NCBI RefSeq assembly: GCF_001194135.2
Contig: NC_069003.1
Location: 25,598,399-25,662,398, forward strand
Length of the DNA stretch: 64,000 bases
Origin: Octopus bimaculoides
Taxonomy: Eukaryota
Direction: 5' to 3'
A model generated the notes under the pieces. It saw only the letters and a list, made by a program, of their open reading frames with translations, was not told where the DNA came from and made no database searches. Position numbers and translations under genes: made by a program. Each line of letters opens with the position of its first letter. Position 1 is the stretch's first letter. Of this stretch, positions 12,731-27,258 are shown piece after piece.

Positions 12731-14516
12731 CCTTCCCCTCTTCATCTCTTTATTCCTACCCACCTCTCCTCTCTTGCTCTGACACTTACTTCCTCTCTTT
12801 ACCCCTACCCACCTTCTCTCTTCGTTGATACCCCTTCCATCCACCCCAACCCACCCTCACATCCCTACACACACTAACCACTTCCCAGCACCCACACCAC
12901 ACACACCATCATCTGCACACCCACACATTACAAATGCATACACTTACACATACACACATCCACATGTCAAAGTCACTAGCCCCTATCCACACACACACAC
13001 TCACCTACATACACGCATGTGCACCGGTGTTCGGATCATCAGTGCTTTATTATCTCCCCTTCTTCTTAGCCCTCCTGTCAAACTACCTTTTCCCAACTAG
13101 TCACTATGATTGATCACTAAATCGGCAAGGTTTTTAAAAATCTCTCTCTGTTTATTTCCTCATGTTACTTTCTGTTGGAGTGATGTCAAGCAGTTAAAAT
13201 AATCAAGTTTTGATTTTTGAAAGTCTTTGGCCAAGTAGTTAGAGCTAATACAATTCTTGGAGTAGATAGTGTTGTGTTCTTGAGAAAATATTTCATTTTA
13301 CATGGCTCTGTTCTAATCAGCTGTAAATAAGTGCTAGCAAAATGCTGGTGCAGCTCTCTCTCTCTCTCCATTTGTCACAACTTGGAAGTTCTACTGGCTG
13401 AGAGAGTGTCATGATTGTGAGCCCAGCACTCTAACCACTGAGCCATGTGCCTTCACTAAATTAAAATATATATAGTTACTCTTTCTTTATGATATTGGGA
13501 ATAGTTCACTTTGATCACCTTGTCAGTCTGGACAGGCATGTCATACTTGTATCAATTAGTTTCCTCATTCAATTGTGGGTCTTTCACTTAATAGATGTGG
13601 CTGCCAACTCAGTCATATCTGTAGACTGTCTTTGTAAAATTACATAGTCTCAAGTTGATATTACTTAACGACAACAGTATGGACCTTGAACCTTTCTTAG
13701 GCTTCTGATTTTGGTGGAAGTTGGGAGTTACCCCCAGACCAGAGACATATTCCAAATATTTGCCACAATTGGTATTAATTAACTTCTTATGTTGAGACCC
13801 CTTATGTGGTTAAACATTGATCTTATACAATTAAAACCAAACCTTCTGTTACTAATTTTACACCAGAGATTTTCAGCCATTGTTGGTTTCCATGCTGACT
13901 TATTTTCTGTCAAGTTTTGCAGGGTTTTCTGTATTTTCTGAGTTACATTTTCATTTTATTCGTTTTAAGCTGTTCTGTTGTTTTAATCCGATCAAAACCG
14001 TTTCTCATGTCTTTTCCTTTTTGTAGTCATACACATTAGCATGTGGTTTGAAGACAGATACTGGTACATCTCTGACTAAGGAAACTCTTACAAAATTCTA
14101 CAACTTATAGACATATATAATACTTTTTCATTCAACATAGGCTCGTTCTCATGGGGTCAGATACTGCTATCTATGATATAGCTGATAATCTGTTGTATTA
14201 CCAATTGTGGCCGACAGTCTGCAAAGATGAACCATCATCGCTGTAAAAGATACAAATCACTCATTGGTTTGTTAAAGGTAAAGGGAGATAAATCGGTTGT
14301 CGTAAACAGCAGTGGGCTGGATATCACCTTGTAACAGGTTTCAGAACTTCTGTCCTGAGAGTCTGGTGGGGCCTTAAACCATAAAGTAGCTTGTATGTAG
14401 GCTTTGCTGTTAGAAAAGACATTGTAAAAATATTTTCAGAAGAAAATCAAAACGGATGAATGAGATTAATTGGTCGACCCATTCTTTTTGTTGCAATATT
14501 CTTCATATTTCTACAG

Positions 14517-14998
14517 CAGTGGTTCTTAATCTTTTTCAACACCCTTTTAAAGTAGTTGTTATGCTTAGCATCCACCTAAGTGAGAAGTGAGGTATCATAA
14601 CTAAACCAACTTAACATGGATGATTATTTATAAATCTTACTCTAAAAATGGATTGTATAAGCTTTTAACAGAGAAAAGATTAAAAAATTAATAAAGACAA
14701 AAATTTACTTTATACATTGCAAGTTAACGACTTCTCTGTGCCTGATGAGATCTAGCAAAATTTTCTATATGAAGTTGAGCAACTGCATAGATTCTACAGA
14801 GTTGATCAACCTGCTAGAAATAGCAGTACATTACTTACCTTTCATTTTACCTTAATAACAATTACTAGTTTTATCATGTATAATTACTACTACAGGTAAA
14901 ATTTAGTTATGTTACCTCACCAACTCCTAAAGCCTAATGCCTCCCTCAATATGCCCAACACCCCTTAGGGGTGGTAGAGGCCATGTTGAGAACCTCTG
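14517..14998. mobile_element. hAT (Charlie-like) MITE
   Basis: TIRs CAGTGGTTCTTAA / TTGAGAACCTCTG; 8-bp TSD ttctacag / ctctacag. Confidence 0.7.
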
Positions 14999-17213
14999 CT
15001 CTACAGTATTAAGGATCTGTTATTAGTGTGTGATGTATATTTCAGGTAATGGTACAACTGACTGTGGTGTTAAACTACTTAAAGTCTGCCTGTCTTTAGT
15101 TCAACCTATCTACTATCTACTTTTATAGCATGTTGATGCAGGTAGTTTATCCAGTCCCCCTCCATCTTTTAATTCATGCAATTGAAGAAACTGCATTATT
15201 TATGGGGTGACCCAATATATATATTTATTTGTGTCTGTGTTTCTGCCCCCACCTTTGCTTGACAACCGATGTTGGTGTGTTTACATTCCCATAACTTAAC
15301 AGTTTGGCAAAAGAGGCCAATAGAATAAGTACTAGACTTACAAAGAACAAGTTCTGGGGTTGATTTGTTTGACTAAAGGCAGTGTTCCAGCATGGCCACA
15401 GTCAAATGACTGAAACAAGTAAAAGAATATAACGTTGTTGATCTTTCTACCCTGACAATGGAGGCTGGTTTTACCATAATGTTTATATGCATCCTCTAAT
15501 GGGTGCATATCTTTGACGTTTTGCACACTCCATCTACCAATTATGAACATTACAACTATTACATAATTCTGAGCCCACCAGAAACAGCTTTTGGATTTGA
15601 AATACCATGCCTTCTCCCCTTAGTTTTTCTGTATTTTTTGTACTCCATGTAAGTTTATTTTTTTTTGTAACTATACAAATATCTATATGCTTATACACGA
15701 GTGTTCATCTTTTGAATATTTTCAGTTTTTTTTCTGTCTCTGTATATCCCTATATATTTACATGTGTTTATGTATGCAAGTATATTTTGTATATCAAACA
15801 CAAATGTGTTTATCTGTATAACTATATCTCTCTATATGCATATATATATATATATACAGAGAGATAGACAGAGTATGAAAGAAACATTAAAATGCTTGAT
15901 GTCATGATGTCAAATAATCAGTGTTGAATCAGTGACACCAAAATGGCTGCTGCCAAAACATCTCAAAGCCAGCTGACTTGAGGTTTAACAGCAAACACAA
16001 ATCTCCCAAAATACAAGAGTAATCCTTTCTCATTCACTGGTCTGTCATTGTTATCGTGATATAAAGCAGATGCAAGAATCAATGAAAATGAAAAGAAAAA
16101 CTTCAGAGAATGAACAAAAGATTTTTACAGTAAAATATATAGTCCTTTTAATTTTTTTTTTTTGAAGAACCAGTGCAGTATGACCATTCTGGGGCAACAC
16201 TTTCTAAGGGTTTAGTGACGCCAGAACTTTGCTTTGATATCTTGTTCTTTCAACCTAGTAAGGAAGGAAGAAAATACTTGACCCAAACAGGATGGGAAGT
16301 CAGATGGTAAAGGGATGTAATCGAATATCACAAAGTATTTTGTCTGATGCTCTATCGATTTTACAATACACATATATACATATAATTGTATGCATCATAT
16401 ATATATGTATGTATGTATGTATGTATTTATGTATGTATGAATATATATTTATATATATATATATATATAATATAATATTATATATGTGTGTGTGTGTGTA
16501 GTGTGCATATGAAAGGGCAGTGAAGAGAAGATTGACAAAAGTAAGGTGAAGGGCTACAGGAAATTCTTAAACAAATGCTGATGTTTCTATGAAGCAAGCT
16601 AAGCAAATATTGCTTACAAATATTATTGGTGTCTACTGTTAATGAGCATAGCCCCAAGGTAGTAAATGAAGTAAGAAATTTCTGATAGAAGAAGTGAGGT
16701 ATGTTCCCTGAACTAACACATGGCAGTGCTAGAAATAATGTGATGGATAGAAGAGCATAGCCATTGTAGTCTATAGAATGTTGCATTTGCCAGCACAGCA
16801 AAGTAAAAACAGCCCTACATAACCAGGTGAGGTGCCTATACTGGGTCAGATGGTAGCAACATGAGTATTAAGAGAGTTAAAAAGAACTTATATATCAATA
16901 TACATCGTCAACAGATACTGATGAAGAGAGATTACTTTATAAATAGAGAAAAGAGATGGTGTTATTGCAAATTATAGTTTTTGTTTGGTCAATCACTTTG
17001 TTATAGAAACATGCTTTTATAGACGTAAATTGTGGCTGCCAAATACTAAAATGGTCACTGCACATAGTGATAATTAAAGTACTTCCTTCAGTTATTGTTA
17101 AGAAAGGTTTATCTTCTTTATCACCTGAGTTGGAATTGATTAAAAAAAAGAGAAGAGTGAGAGAGAGAGAGAGAAGACAGAAAGAAAAGAAAAAAAAAAG
17201 CACAAAGCAAATA

Positions 17214-17610
17214 TCAAAGATCAAAACTCATGTCGATATCTTCATCTAAATAAATGACAGCATCGGGTCGTCTGTCATTTTTCTTTGAAGACATTGACAA
17301 TTGATCTTGCGTTGTGGAATCCTTGTCTGTTTTCTCCTCAGAACAATCAGTCATGGTTTGTTGTTCACTTTGATATTCTTTGTGACGTTTCAGGAGGTCA
17401 GACATGTCCATATTAACTGGGTCGTTTGAAAGTTCAGAGCTGTTACTTTGTGAATAACTGTCTTTAGAATTACTGCTGGTGTCGTCACTGACAACAGCAG
17501 CCAGTCGGTCTTCCTTCTGCTCACCACTAACAGTTTCCATAGTAACATTCTCGGTGGAACCCATATCAGCTTCCATTCTCTTCTTCAGTTTGTTCTTGAA
17601 GCGTTTTGCC
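17214..17610 (-). CDS. PHAX: PHAX exon 5 (last coding exon, acidic C-terminus, TGA at 17216-17214)
   Basis: tttacag acceptor; phase 2 in; AKRFKNKLKKRMEAD...DEDIDMSFDL*. Confidence 0.85.
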
Positions 17611-19096
17611 CTGTAAATTCAGAAAATTTATTCATTAAATGTAAACTGTTATATTTTGTAAGTTTCTTCTCTGACAATGTTTTGGTAATAATGCTCTAAC
17701 CTTCACAACACACCGATCCACAGAACAAGCTAACAAGAGTATATATGGGGTTGTTTGATCTGTTAAATATAATAGAGAGACAGAGATAGTTGTCTTATGA
17801 TAGAGGAGATACTTGGCTACCTTAGGACAGAGAAGGAGAGGAAGGTGGAAGAGAGAGTTAGAGAGAAAGATAAAGAGACAGTCTGATTGAGAGAGGAGAA
17901 AGAAATAGNNNNNNNNNNNNNNNNNNNNNNNNNNNNNNNNNNNNNNNNNNNNNNNNNNNNNNNNNNNNNNNNNNNNNNNNNNNNNNNNNNNNNNNNNNNN
18001 NNNNNNNNNNNNNNNNNNNNNNNNNNNNNNNNNNNNNNNNNNNNNNNNNNNNNNNNNNNNNNNNNNNNNNNNNNNNNNNNNNNNNNNNNNNNNNNNNNNN
18101 NNNNNNNNNNNNNNNNNNNNNNNNNNNNNNNNGGGGGGGGGGGTGTTAGGAAGATGGGTGATTTGGTAGGACAGATAATGTGTGCATGTATGTGTATGAG
18201 AGCCATGGTTGTATTGGACCACCAGGGAGCAGTTGAACCTGTCAAAGGATTTCTCCAATGTCAACAAGAGCCAAGCACAGTGGTTCATTTTTGGCAAAAT
18301 GCTTCTCCTGCAGCTGCCTCATCAGAAAGATACCACCAATAGTGCTTCACCCAAGCACAAAACCAAACTGCATCTCGTCTCGTCTAACTTCGTAGTAGAA
18401 TACAGCCTGAAAATACCGTGATATTAAGTTATCATCATCATCACTCTCTTAGCACATAGATCCTCAAGTCTTCTCACAACAACCTGCAAATAGCCTTCTC
18501 CAGACATCCCCATTGCTTGATTTCCACCTGGCTCCAATGAGATGCAGTTTGGTTTTGTGTTAAAACTAATCAGTTGTTTAGATCCAGGTGAGCTGTGAAT
18601 GAGTAAAATTATGATGAAAGACAATCCAGCCATTGAAGACATCTTATACACATTCATTACACACAAATATGAGTATGTGTGTGGTTTGCCTACATGATGT
18701 GGTTTGGGGTTCAGTTCCACTGCATGGTACCTTCAACAAGTCTTTTCTTCTATAGACTTAGGTCAACTGAATCTTGTGAGTGGATTTGGTAGTGAAAAGC
18801 TGAAAGAAGACCACCTCTGTGAGTGTGTGTGTGCTTGCATGTGCCTGTGTCTTTGTTTACATCTATGAATGCTTATGCAAAAGTCCAGAAGGTGGTGTTG
18901 TTAGTTTCTCCCATCATCATGCAATCATCCGATTACTTCAAACCTTTGAAACTGTGAGGAGTAAGTGACCCCTTGTTTGAAAAACAGATGTAGTTTAATA
19001 TTAGAAAGGGCATCCATGCCTCAATAACATATTCATTCAATCCATGAGGCATTGGGAAATGGGACATAAAATCAACAAAAAAAAAAACATATTTAC

Positions 19097-19233
19097 CTTA
19101 GAATCTTCTTTGTTTTGGCTTTTTCCTTCTTTTCATCATTAAATATGTCTTTCATATTCTGCTTTGTTACTTCAGAATCTGTTTTCAGAAGTTGGAAGAA
19201 TACACCACCAGGAGTCCGTCGGCGTCCTCCATC
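19097..19233 (-). CDS. PHAX: PHAX exon 4 (RNA-binding domain)
   Basis: DGGRRRTPGGVFFQLLK matches the PHAX signature RRRTPGGVF; CAG / GTAAAT sites. Confidence 0.95.
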
Positions 19234-20944
19234 CTGCATCAAGAAAAGACACCACATTGATAAGTTCTGAAAACTTATTACACACTCAACCCTTTCGCAT
19301 TGAAACTGGCCATATCCAACCAAAATATTCTACCTGTTTCATGTTCAAAGTGGCCAGATCTAGTCTTTCACATCCGTTCAACAATGTCATAAAAAATAAA
19401 AAAATGATCACAGCATCAAAATCACCAAGCTATGTGCTAATGCATCAGTAATTCAAAACAATGTGAATGAATAAACATTACAATTGATAAAGGAATTCGA
19501 ATGCTAAAGGGTTAAAAGACCATTTAAAAAAATTTGTTTTGAAATCTTAATGCTGATGTCACTGGGATATATCTTTTGAAACAGTACACCTGCCATGGAA
19601 ACACATTGAGGTGTGAGATAGCTGAAAGGTTATCTATCCTTCGACTTTACTGATATATGGCAATATCAGTGAATCTCCCTCAAATCACACCCCATTTTCA
19701 AAAGATTAGGAACATACTGGATTATGTAGTCCTCATTATCATGGGTTGGATGGTTTGACTTTTGTGTCTGTTTTGGCATGGTTTTTACAGCTGGATGCTC
19801 TTCCTAACACCAACCACCCAGTCCTAGTTATCTTGGAGGAGAATAGGGTAGTCATGGCAGGAACACCTTTGAACCATTTAACATTTACACTATATTGCAA
19901 AGTGAAAAAAATTCAGCAAATGGTTGTTGCAGGAAGTGAATGAGAAACAAATAAAAAAGCCATTGTAAAATCTGTTCAGTATTTCTTTTGTGCAACAAAA
20001 ATATCAACCATTTTTTAGAAATTGTATTGTGATGTGTGGCAAAAAACACCACCTCATGCAGTGGCTGCACTGAGGTAAAGCCTCCAAAACAACCTTCCAC
20101 AAACCAAAGCTGCATTAAAAGTTTACGGTCACTATAAAATCATCCACCAGAATTTCTCAAACATAGGTAAAACCACCACAGTACAGAATTAGTTTGCAAG
20201 AGCCTTGTGCTGGAGCCACATAAAAGCACCCATGCTGGCTCCACATGAAAAGTACCCAGCACATTCTGTAAAGTGGTTGGCATTAGGAAGGGCATCCGAC
20301 ATAGAAACCAAGCCAAATCAGAATGGAACTTGATGCAGCTTTCCTGCCTGCCAGCTCTGGTCAAACTGTCTAACCCATGCCAGCATGGAAAACAGGCATT
20401 AAATGATGATGATGAAGATGCAACATTTATATCTAGCATTGGTTATGACAATATCTGTCCATGTATTGCAAATGATTCTGCAAAAATTAAAGGAACTGCA
20501 TTAAAAAAGTTGTCACCTGAAAGACAAGTTTTTCTTCATCAAGACTACAACTTTTAAATCATGGTTGTACACTGAACTCACCCTATTCTATCCTTAATAA
20601 AACCCAACACATATCAAGGAAACATTCTTCAACTATAACCTCTTAATGGATGAACAGCACAACAAAGCTAAAAGCCTCAAAATCACTACAAATATTAAGG
20701 TTCCTAATCTGTTATTTCAGTTATTTTTGATAGCAGAAATGTAGGATGAAAGGTCATACAGAAGTAACCATTTCATCTTCCTTTCAGATATAATATATCT
20801 ATGACTACATTGTATAGTGTCCATCCTTTCTAAAGGCAGTACAGTGTGATTTGATTGCTATTTTTAGCATTTTGGGTGACAATAAAAAACAGGCATGGGT
20901 AACCCGTATAAAAAAGTGGGTCCATCATCAAACATGACACACTA

Positions 20945-21335
20945 CTCTTTTACTTGTTTCAGTCATTTGATTGTGGCCATGCTGGAGCACCGCCTTTAGT
21001 TGAGCATATCGACCCCAGGTCTTATTCTTTGTAAGCCTAGTACTTATTCAATTGATGTCTTTTGCTGAACCGCTAAGTTACGGGGGACATAAACATACCA
21101 GTATCGGTTGTCAAGCGATGTTGGGGAGATAAACACAGACACAAACATATACACACACATACATATATATATATATACATACGACGGGCTTCTTTCAGTT
21201 TCCGTCTACCAAATCCACTCACAAGACTTTGGTCGGCCCGAGGCTATAATAGAAGACACTTGCCCAAGGTGCCACACAGTGGGACTGAACCCGGAACCAT
21301 GCGGTTCGTAAGCAAGCTACTTACCACACAGCCAC
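20945..21335 (-). mobile_element. tRNA-headed SINE with internal (TA)/(TG) microsatellite (family B), near full length
   Basis: Reverse complement of the 21632-22002 copy; many partial copies across the window (e.g. 7560-7900, 15220-15430, 32480-32830, 60520-60680). Confidence 0.8.
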
Positions 21336-21631
21336 TCAAAAAAATTTCAAGATAATTTATAATTGACATGTCATTCAGAAAGACCTGTGTGCTACAATTC
21401 TCCCATGACCCATCTTGAGGCTTCCATGTTGGCTTTTAGTGTTCTCCCATGGCTGACCTGATAAAAAACTTGCAAGAATGAGCTTCATCTTTAAGGTCAA
21501 GAAATATTTCAGCACAGATCAGGTACTCGCTATCAACAATGAGTGACTTCACATTAAATTGCAAGTTTTCGTGTACCAAGAGATCTCCACCCTAAACACA
21601 AAACCTCCCCACCAGCTTTAAAGAAAGCAAG

Positions 21632-22002
21632 AGTGGCTGTCTGGTAAGTAGCTTGCTTACCACCCACACGGTTCCAGGTTCAGTCTCACTGCGTGGCATC
21701 TTGGGCAAGTGTCTTCTGCTATAGCCTCGGGCCGACCAAAGCCTTGTGAGTGGATTTGGTAGATGGAAACTGAAAGAAGTCCGTCGTATATATATATATG
21801 TGTGTGTGTGTTTGTGTTTGTCCCCCCGAGCATTGCTTGACAACCGATGCTGGTGTGTTTATGTCCCCGTCACTTAGTGGTTCGGCAAAAGAGACCGATA
21901 GAATAAGTACTAGGCTTACAAAGAATAAGTCCCGGGTTCGATTTGTTCGACTAAAGGCGGTGCTCCAGCATGGCTGCAGTCAAATGACTGAAACAAGTAA
22001 AA
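21632..22002 (+). mobile_element. tRNA-headed SINE (family B), near full length
   Basis: A-box-like GTGGCTGTCTGGTAAG and B-box-like GGTTCAGTC head, internal microsatellite, A-rich end. Confidence 0.8.
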
Positions 22003-22220
22003 TAAAATAGTAAATAGTAAACGTCACATGCTACTTTTGTCAAATAGCACCCATCATTACACAATCAGTGAACAGCGCATCAGAGAGGGTAACATACGAG
22101 ATAATAACGAACAGGGGAATAGGCAGAGATGAATGTGGGACATAACAAAAGCATAGAGCAAAGCATGGACATCACAACTTCCTAAGGCCATGTAAAAACC
22201 GGTTATTATTTGTTACTCAC

Positions 22221-22312
22221 ATTGGTCATCATTCCACCATGTTCTTCAACATCTCTGGTAAGACGGGCCACGTCTAGAGCTTTCTTCTTGCCCAAAACTT
22301 GGACAACTTTCT
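22221..22312 (-). CDS. PHAX: PHAX exon 3
   Basis: (E)KVVQVLGKKKALDVARLTRDVEEHGGMMTN resembles human RVVRIIGNKKAIELLMETAEVEQNGG; CAG / GTGAGT; phases 1 in, 0 out. Confidence 0.92.
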
Positions 22313-22790
22313 CTGTATAAAAAAAAAAAAATTAAAATAAAAAAAGATCAAATTGAGAAATATTCAGATATTTCCAACATTGAAAATGTATCTTGAAAAC
22401 CTCAAGTGGTTAAGGGGATTTAGTTCCTAATTCTGCTTTATGATACTGAACAGATAATTCTCTTCCTTTGAAACATTGCTTGTCTAGTAACATTCTCTAA
22501 TCTTGTCCCCGACAACTAAGTGAACAGTGGTAATATAGAATAATGCCGTGTTTCTGAGGTACCATCCCTCTTTTTTTTTTTAACTTTGTTTAGTCATTAG
22601 ACTGTGGCTATGCTGGGGCACTGCTTTGAAGACATTTTTAGCTGAATGAATTGACCTCTACTTATTTATTTTGTTAAGCCTGGTGCTTATTCTATTGGTC
22701 TCTTTTTGCCAAAATGCTAAGTTATGGGGATATAAACAAACCAACACCAGTTGTCAAGTGGTGGTGGGGGACAAAGACATACACACACAC

Positions 22791-22848
<58 letters not shown>

Positions 22849-23447
22849 CATCATCGTTTAACGTCCGCTTTCCATGCTAGCATGGGTTGGACGATTTGAC
22901 TGAGGACTAGTGAAACCGGATGGCAACACCAGGCTCCAATCTAATTTGGCAGAGTTTCTACAGCTGGATGCCCTTCCTAACGCCAACCACTCAGAGAGTG
23001 TAGTGGGTGCTTNNNNNNNNNNNNNNNNNNNNNNNNNNNNNNNNNNNNNNNNNNNNNNNNNNNNNNNNNNNNNNNNNNNNNNNNNNNNNNNNNNNNNNNN
23101 NNNNNNNNNNNNNNNNNNNNNNNNNNNNNNNNNNNNNNNNNNNNNNNNNNNNNNNNNNNNNNNNNNNNNNNNNNNNNNNNNNNNNNNNNNNNNNNNNNNN
23201 NNNNNNNNNNNNNNNNNNNNNNNNNNNNNNNNNNNNNNNNNNNNNNNNNNNNNNNNNNNNNNNNNNNNNNNNNNNNNNNNNNNNNNNNNNNNNNNNNNNN
23301 NNNNNNNNNNNNNNNNNNNNNNNNNNNNNNNNNNNNNNNNNNNNNNNNNNNNNNNNNNNNNNNNNNNNNNNNNNNNNNNNNNNNNNNNNNNNNNNNNNNN
23401 NNNNNNNNNNNNNNNNNNNNNNNNNNNNNNNNNNNNNNNNNNNNNNN

Positions 23448-23500
<53 letters not shown>

Positions 23501-25071
23501 GACATTCACATACATACATATATACATCTTCAAGTATGTAGTTTTGTCCTACCTATGTTCTGAGTTCAAATCCTCTCAGAATTGATATCAAACATGTAAT
23601 TAGTTGATTTAATTAACATGACCCCCACCAGCACAGCCACTACTATCACTACCACCACCACCTCTTCACTAGAAATTTATGTAACATTATGCTGATTATT
23701 AGATATAATATTTCAATCCATGATAGAATACAAAGCCACAAATTTTTAAATACCAAATACACCATCAAGGTATGACTGTGTATGTGGATAAGATGTTCAT
23801 TTTGTAACCATGTTGTTCTGGGTTTGATTCTACTGCATGGCACTCTGGTGAAGGGCTTTCTATCAGAGCCTAACCAGAGGTTAACCACTACGAGTTGGAA
23901 CTGGTAAGTAAAAACTAGATAAGACATGAGCGTTTATAGGTGAATGTTGTGTCCTCGCATTCATAAAAGTGCACATTTTTTATTTGCAGTTGCATATCAA
24001 TGGGGGAAAACCCAAAATATGATGCCTCTGAAATAAGTTTCCTATGATATTTGTTCTGTGCTGAGTAACAGACACTCCTTTGCCATTCTCATTGTCAGAC
24101 AAGCATGTACCAGTCATTTGGTCCACTGAAAACTTGTCATCAATGACATTATTGTTTACCAACAGTGAAATAATCAAATAAATATAAAATGCAATCATCA
24201 TCAACATCATCATCATCATCATCATCATTTAACGTCCGCTTTCCATGCTAGCATGGGTTGGACGATTTGACTGAGGACTGGTGAACCAGGTGGCTACACC
24301 AGGCTCCAGTCTGATTTGGCATGGCTTTTACAGCTGGATGCCCTTCCTAACGCCAACATAAAATATAATAAATGATATCTATGTGAAGTCTAACTGATAC
24401 AGCCTTTAACACTTTAGCATTCAGATTATGTGATGCTTATTTATTCACGTTATTTTCAATTACTTATGCATTATATGATCGGTGAGAGAGAGAGAAAGTT
24501 TCATAAATACAGAATATATTTTTAACAAGTTGAAAGAACGAAAGGAAAAATATATTCTGTATTTATGAAACTTTCTCTCTCTCTCTTGCTCTCTATGTGA
24601 TGTCCTTTCGTTCTTTCAACTTGTTAAAAATATATTCTGTATTTATGAAACTTTCTCTCNNNNNNNNNNNNCTCTCTCTCTCTCTCTCTCTCGGTCACCG
24701 ACCATCGCTTTCTTTCTTTCTTTCTTTGTCTAAAGGTCAGTGGTGCTTTCCATCCCTCTCTCAGAACAGCTTGAGTCAGTGGTGATGCCAAGCAGGCAAG
24801 CAATTTCACGGAAAAGGCTGAAGGCCGATTAGATGCAAATAAAACCCATGTGCTTGGCATTTCCTCACATCAAATCGAAAGATAGCCATTCACGTTATTT
24901 TCAATTACTCATGCATTATCTTTTTGTGCTGAGATTTTGATGATGTGCTTGTATATTTTTAGTAGGGTAGGTGTGAGAAGCTGAATATGGCCAGTTAGTA
25001 CATAAAACAAATATATTTGGGCCGGACATGGCTGATTTAAATGCTAAAGGGTTAATAAATAGATATCTTAC

Positions 25072-25780
25072 CTATGAGGTACACTTTTGATTCTTCAAGA
25101 AAATTAGCAATGGCTTCTGTAATTTTTTCATCATCATCATCATCAGCTGTGACATCAAAAGCCTTCCTGCATGACTTCTTGTCATTTGGTTTCGGACCGA
25201 GACGCTTTTTGGCACTGCGCCTTCTTTTCTCAGCTTTTCTATACACTCCATTGAAGTTCTCTTCAAGTTTTTCTAAATCAGGGACACTATCAAACAGGTC
25301 ATCATTTTTCTTGCTGGTCGTCACAGAATCAATGTCTGGTTTCACTGGCCAAGGCCGGGTGTCTTTCAGAGCCTTTTTGTAGCTGTAAGATTCTACCTGC
25401 CGATCACTGTAACTGTCGCCTTTGTGCTCCATGTCAAATCCGTGGAAACCTTGAGACAACATCTGTGATTGTAATACAGAACCCCAAATATTCTTATTTT
25501 TCTTTGGTTTGCTACTAGTGTTAGAATCTGTGACATCCTGGCCAAAGGAAAACTGCGTATTGTGTACTTGGAAAGTGTAGTTCTTGTTAATAGAATTGCT
25601 GAAACTATACTCCATAGAACTCTGCTGGTCTTTTGAAGCAATACCATACCGTTTCTTTTTCCAGGTAAACTTTTCATCATCGCTGTCATCTGAACTTGAT
25701 GCAATCTTTGCATCTGATTTGCAGCGATAGGACGTGGGGTTCACTGGCTTTCTGTAATTCTGAGAAATGGTTGATGATGT
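25072..25780 (-). CDS. PHAX: PHAX exon 2 (709 bp)
   Basis: SSDDSDDEKFTWKKKR, NKNIWGSVLQ, RQVESYSY, KRRRSAKKRLG motifs match PHAX; CAG / GTAAGA. Confidence 0.92.
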
Positions 25781-27214
25781 CTGTAACAGAAAACGAGCAA
25801 ATCATTCTTAATAAATAACATTGTGCAACAAGATTTTTGTCCTTGGGTAGCAACTGTTATTTCCTATTTGCTTTTACTCCTAGTAAGTATGAAAAATGGC
25901 TAATATTTCTTTCAAATGGGAAATATAAAAGAAAAAAAAAAACGTTTTCAAAATAGTCAATATTTTTGTAGTTCAAAAACTGTGATTTATGACATAAAAT
26001 GTCCTCTAGAATTAGCCAGGGATAATAACAACAAGCTTTAACTACTAAATATTGTTAAACACACCTCTGCAAATACAATGTACATAAGCAATTCACTTTA
26101 AATACAACGAACAACTGTCAGTGAGACTGTTTTTAGCAGATCCACAAATAGGGTTCATGGCAGGCAATGGGTTAAACAAGGAACGAAACACTGGATAATT
26201 GAGTCTTACCTAACCTTAAAAAGGTGGGATGGTTATAGTTGGAATGCCTTTGATTATAGGTTTGGCTGATCAAACTTGACCAAGGGTTAAACAACAACCT
26301 CTCCTTAAGACTGTACAAAAGTTCTTTCATTGATGGCAAGGTCAAAATTGGATCATCAGTTAGTGTGGTCAAATGGTAAGATTAATCCATTGTCCAGTTT
26401 AACACCACAGTAGAGTCCACTACAAGAATTCAGGCTAGGTGTCTGGTCTGTGGTAAGTTGCACTACTCCCTGAATCAATTGTGGGGTTTTTTTTTCCTCT
26501 CTGAAATACCTCTTCTCCCATCAGTGTCAGACACAAATCTAATGGATGCTGCCTTTCGTCCACTTTCATAAATTACAACAAAAATGTTTTGTAAATTGGC
26601 TTACATAAGATGGTCGAGACTTCTAAACACCATACTCCTTTTACTACTCTCTTTCTGACAATATTTTTTCATACAAGTCAGACACAAGACACACGCACAA
26701 AAAAGTAACCCGGACAGTTCACAAAGTACAGTATACACCCAGTTTGTCAGTCTACCCTATACAATTATCAATAGCAGGCTGGAATATGTATTATACTTCT
26801 AACCTACGTACAGGCACGTTCGAATAATAATAGATCTGTGGATCACACTTAGGCATGTATGGCATGGGTCCGCTTTATCAGCTGATTTGGTAGGGGTTGG
26901 ATACACAAGAGAACAGAATAACTTACACTACAGTTTGAAAATCACAAAAAGGAAAATTAATCTGCAGGGTTTATCTATCTATCTGTGTGTGTATTACTTG
27001 GTATTGTTGATCAACTTGTTGAAACCAATAAAAAAATTACTGATGGTGGGACTCAAATTTCGTGGAACAAAAGTTTTGGTTTTATTGGGTCTTCCAAGTT
27101 TCGACTATAACGGTTTATTCAAGTAGACGGATTGAATAAGCCGTTAAAGGGGAAACTCGTAGTCCTGGCCGAATCAACGTGTGTGTGTGTGTATATACAT
27201 ACATACGCAGCCAC

Positions 27215-27258
<44 letters not shown>

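Noticed and set aside
25074-25382. 102-aa plus-strand ORF
   Set aside because: Antisense shadow of PHAX exon 2.
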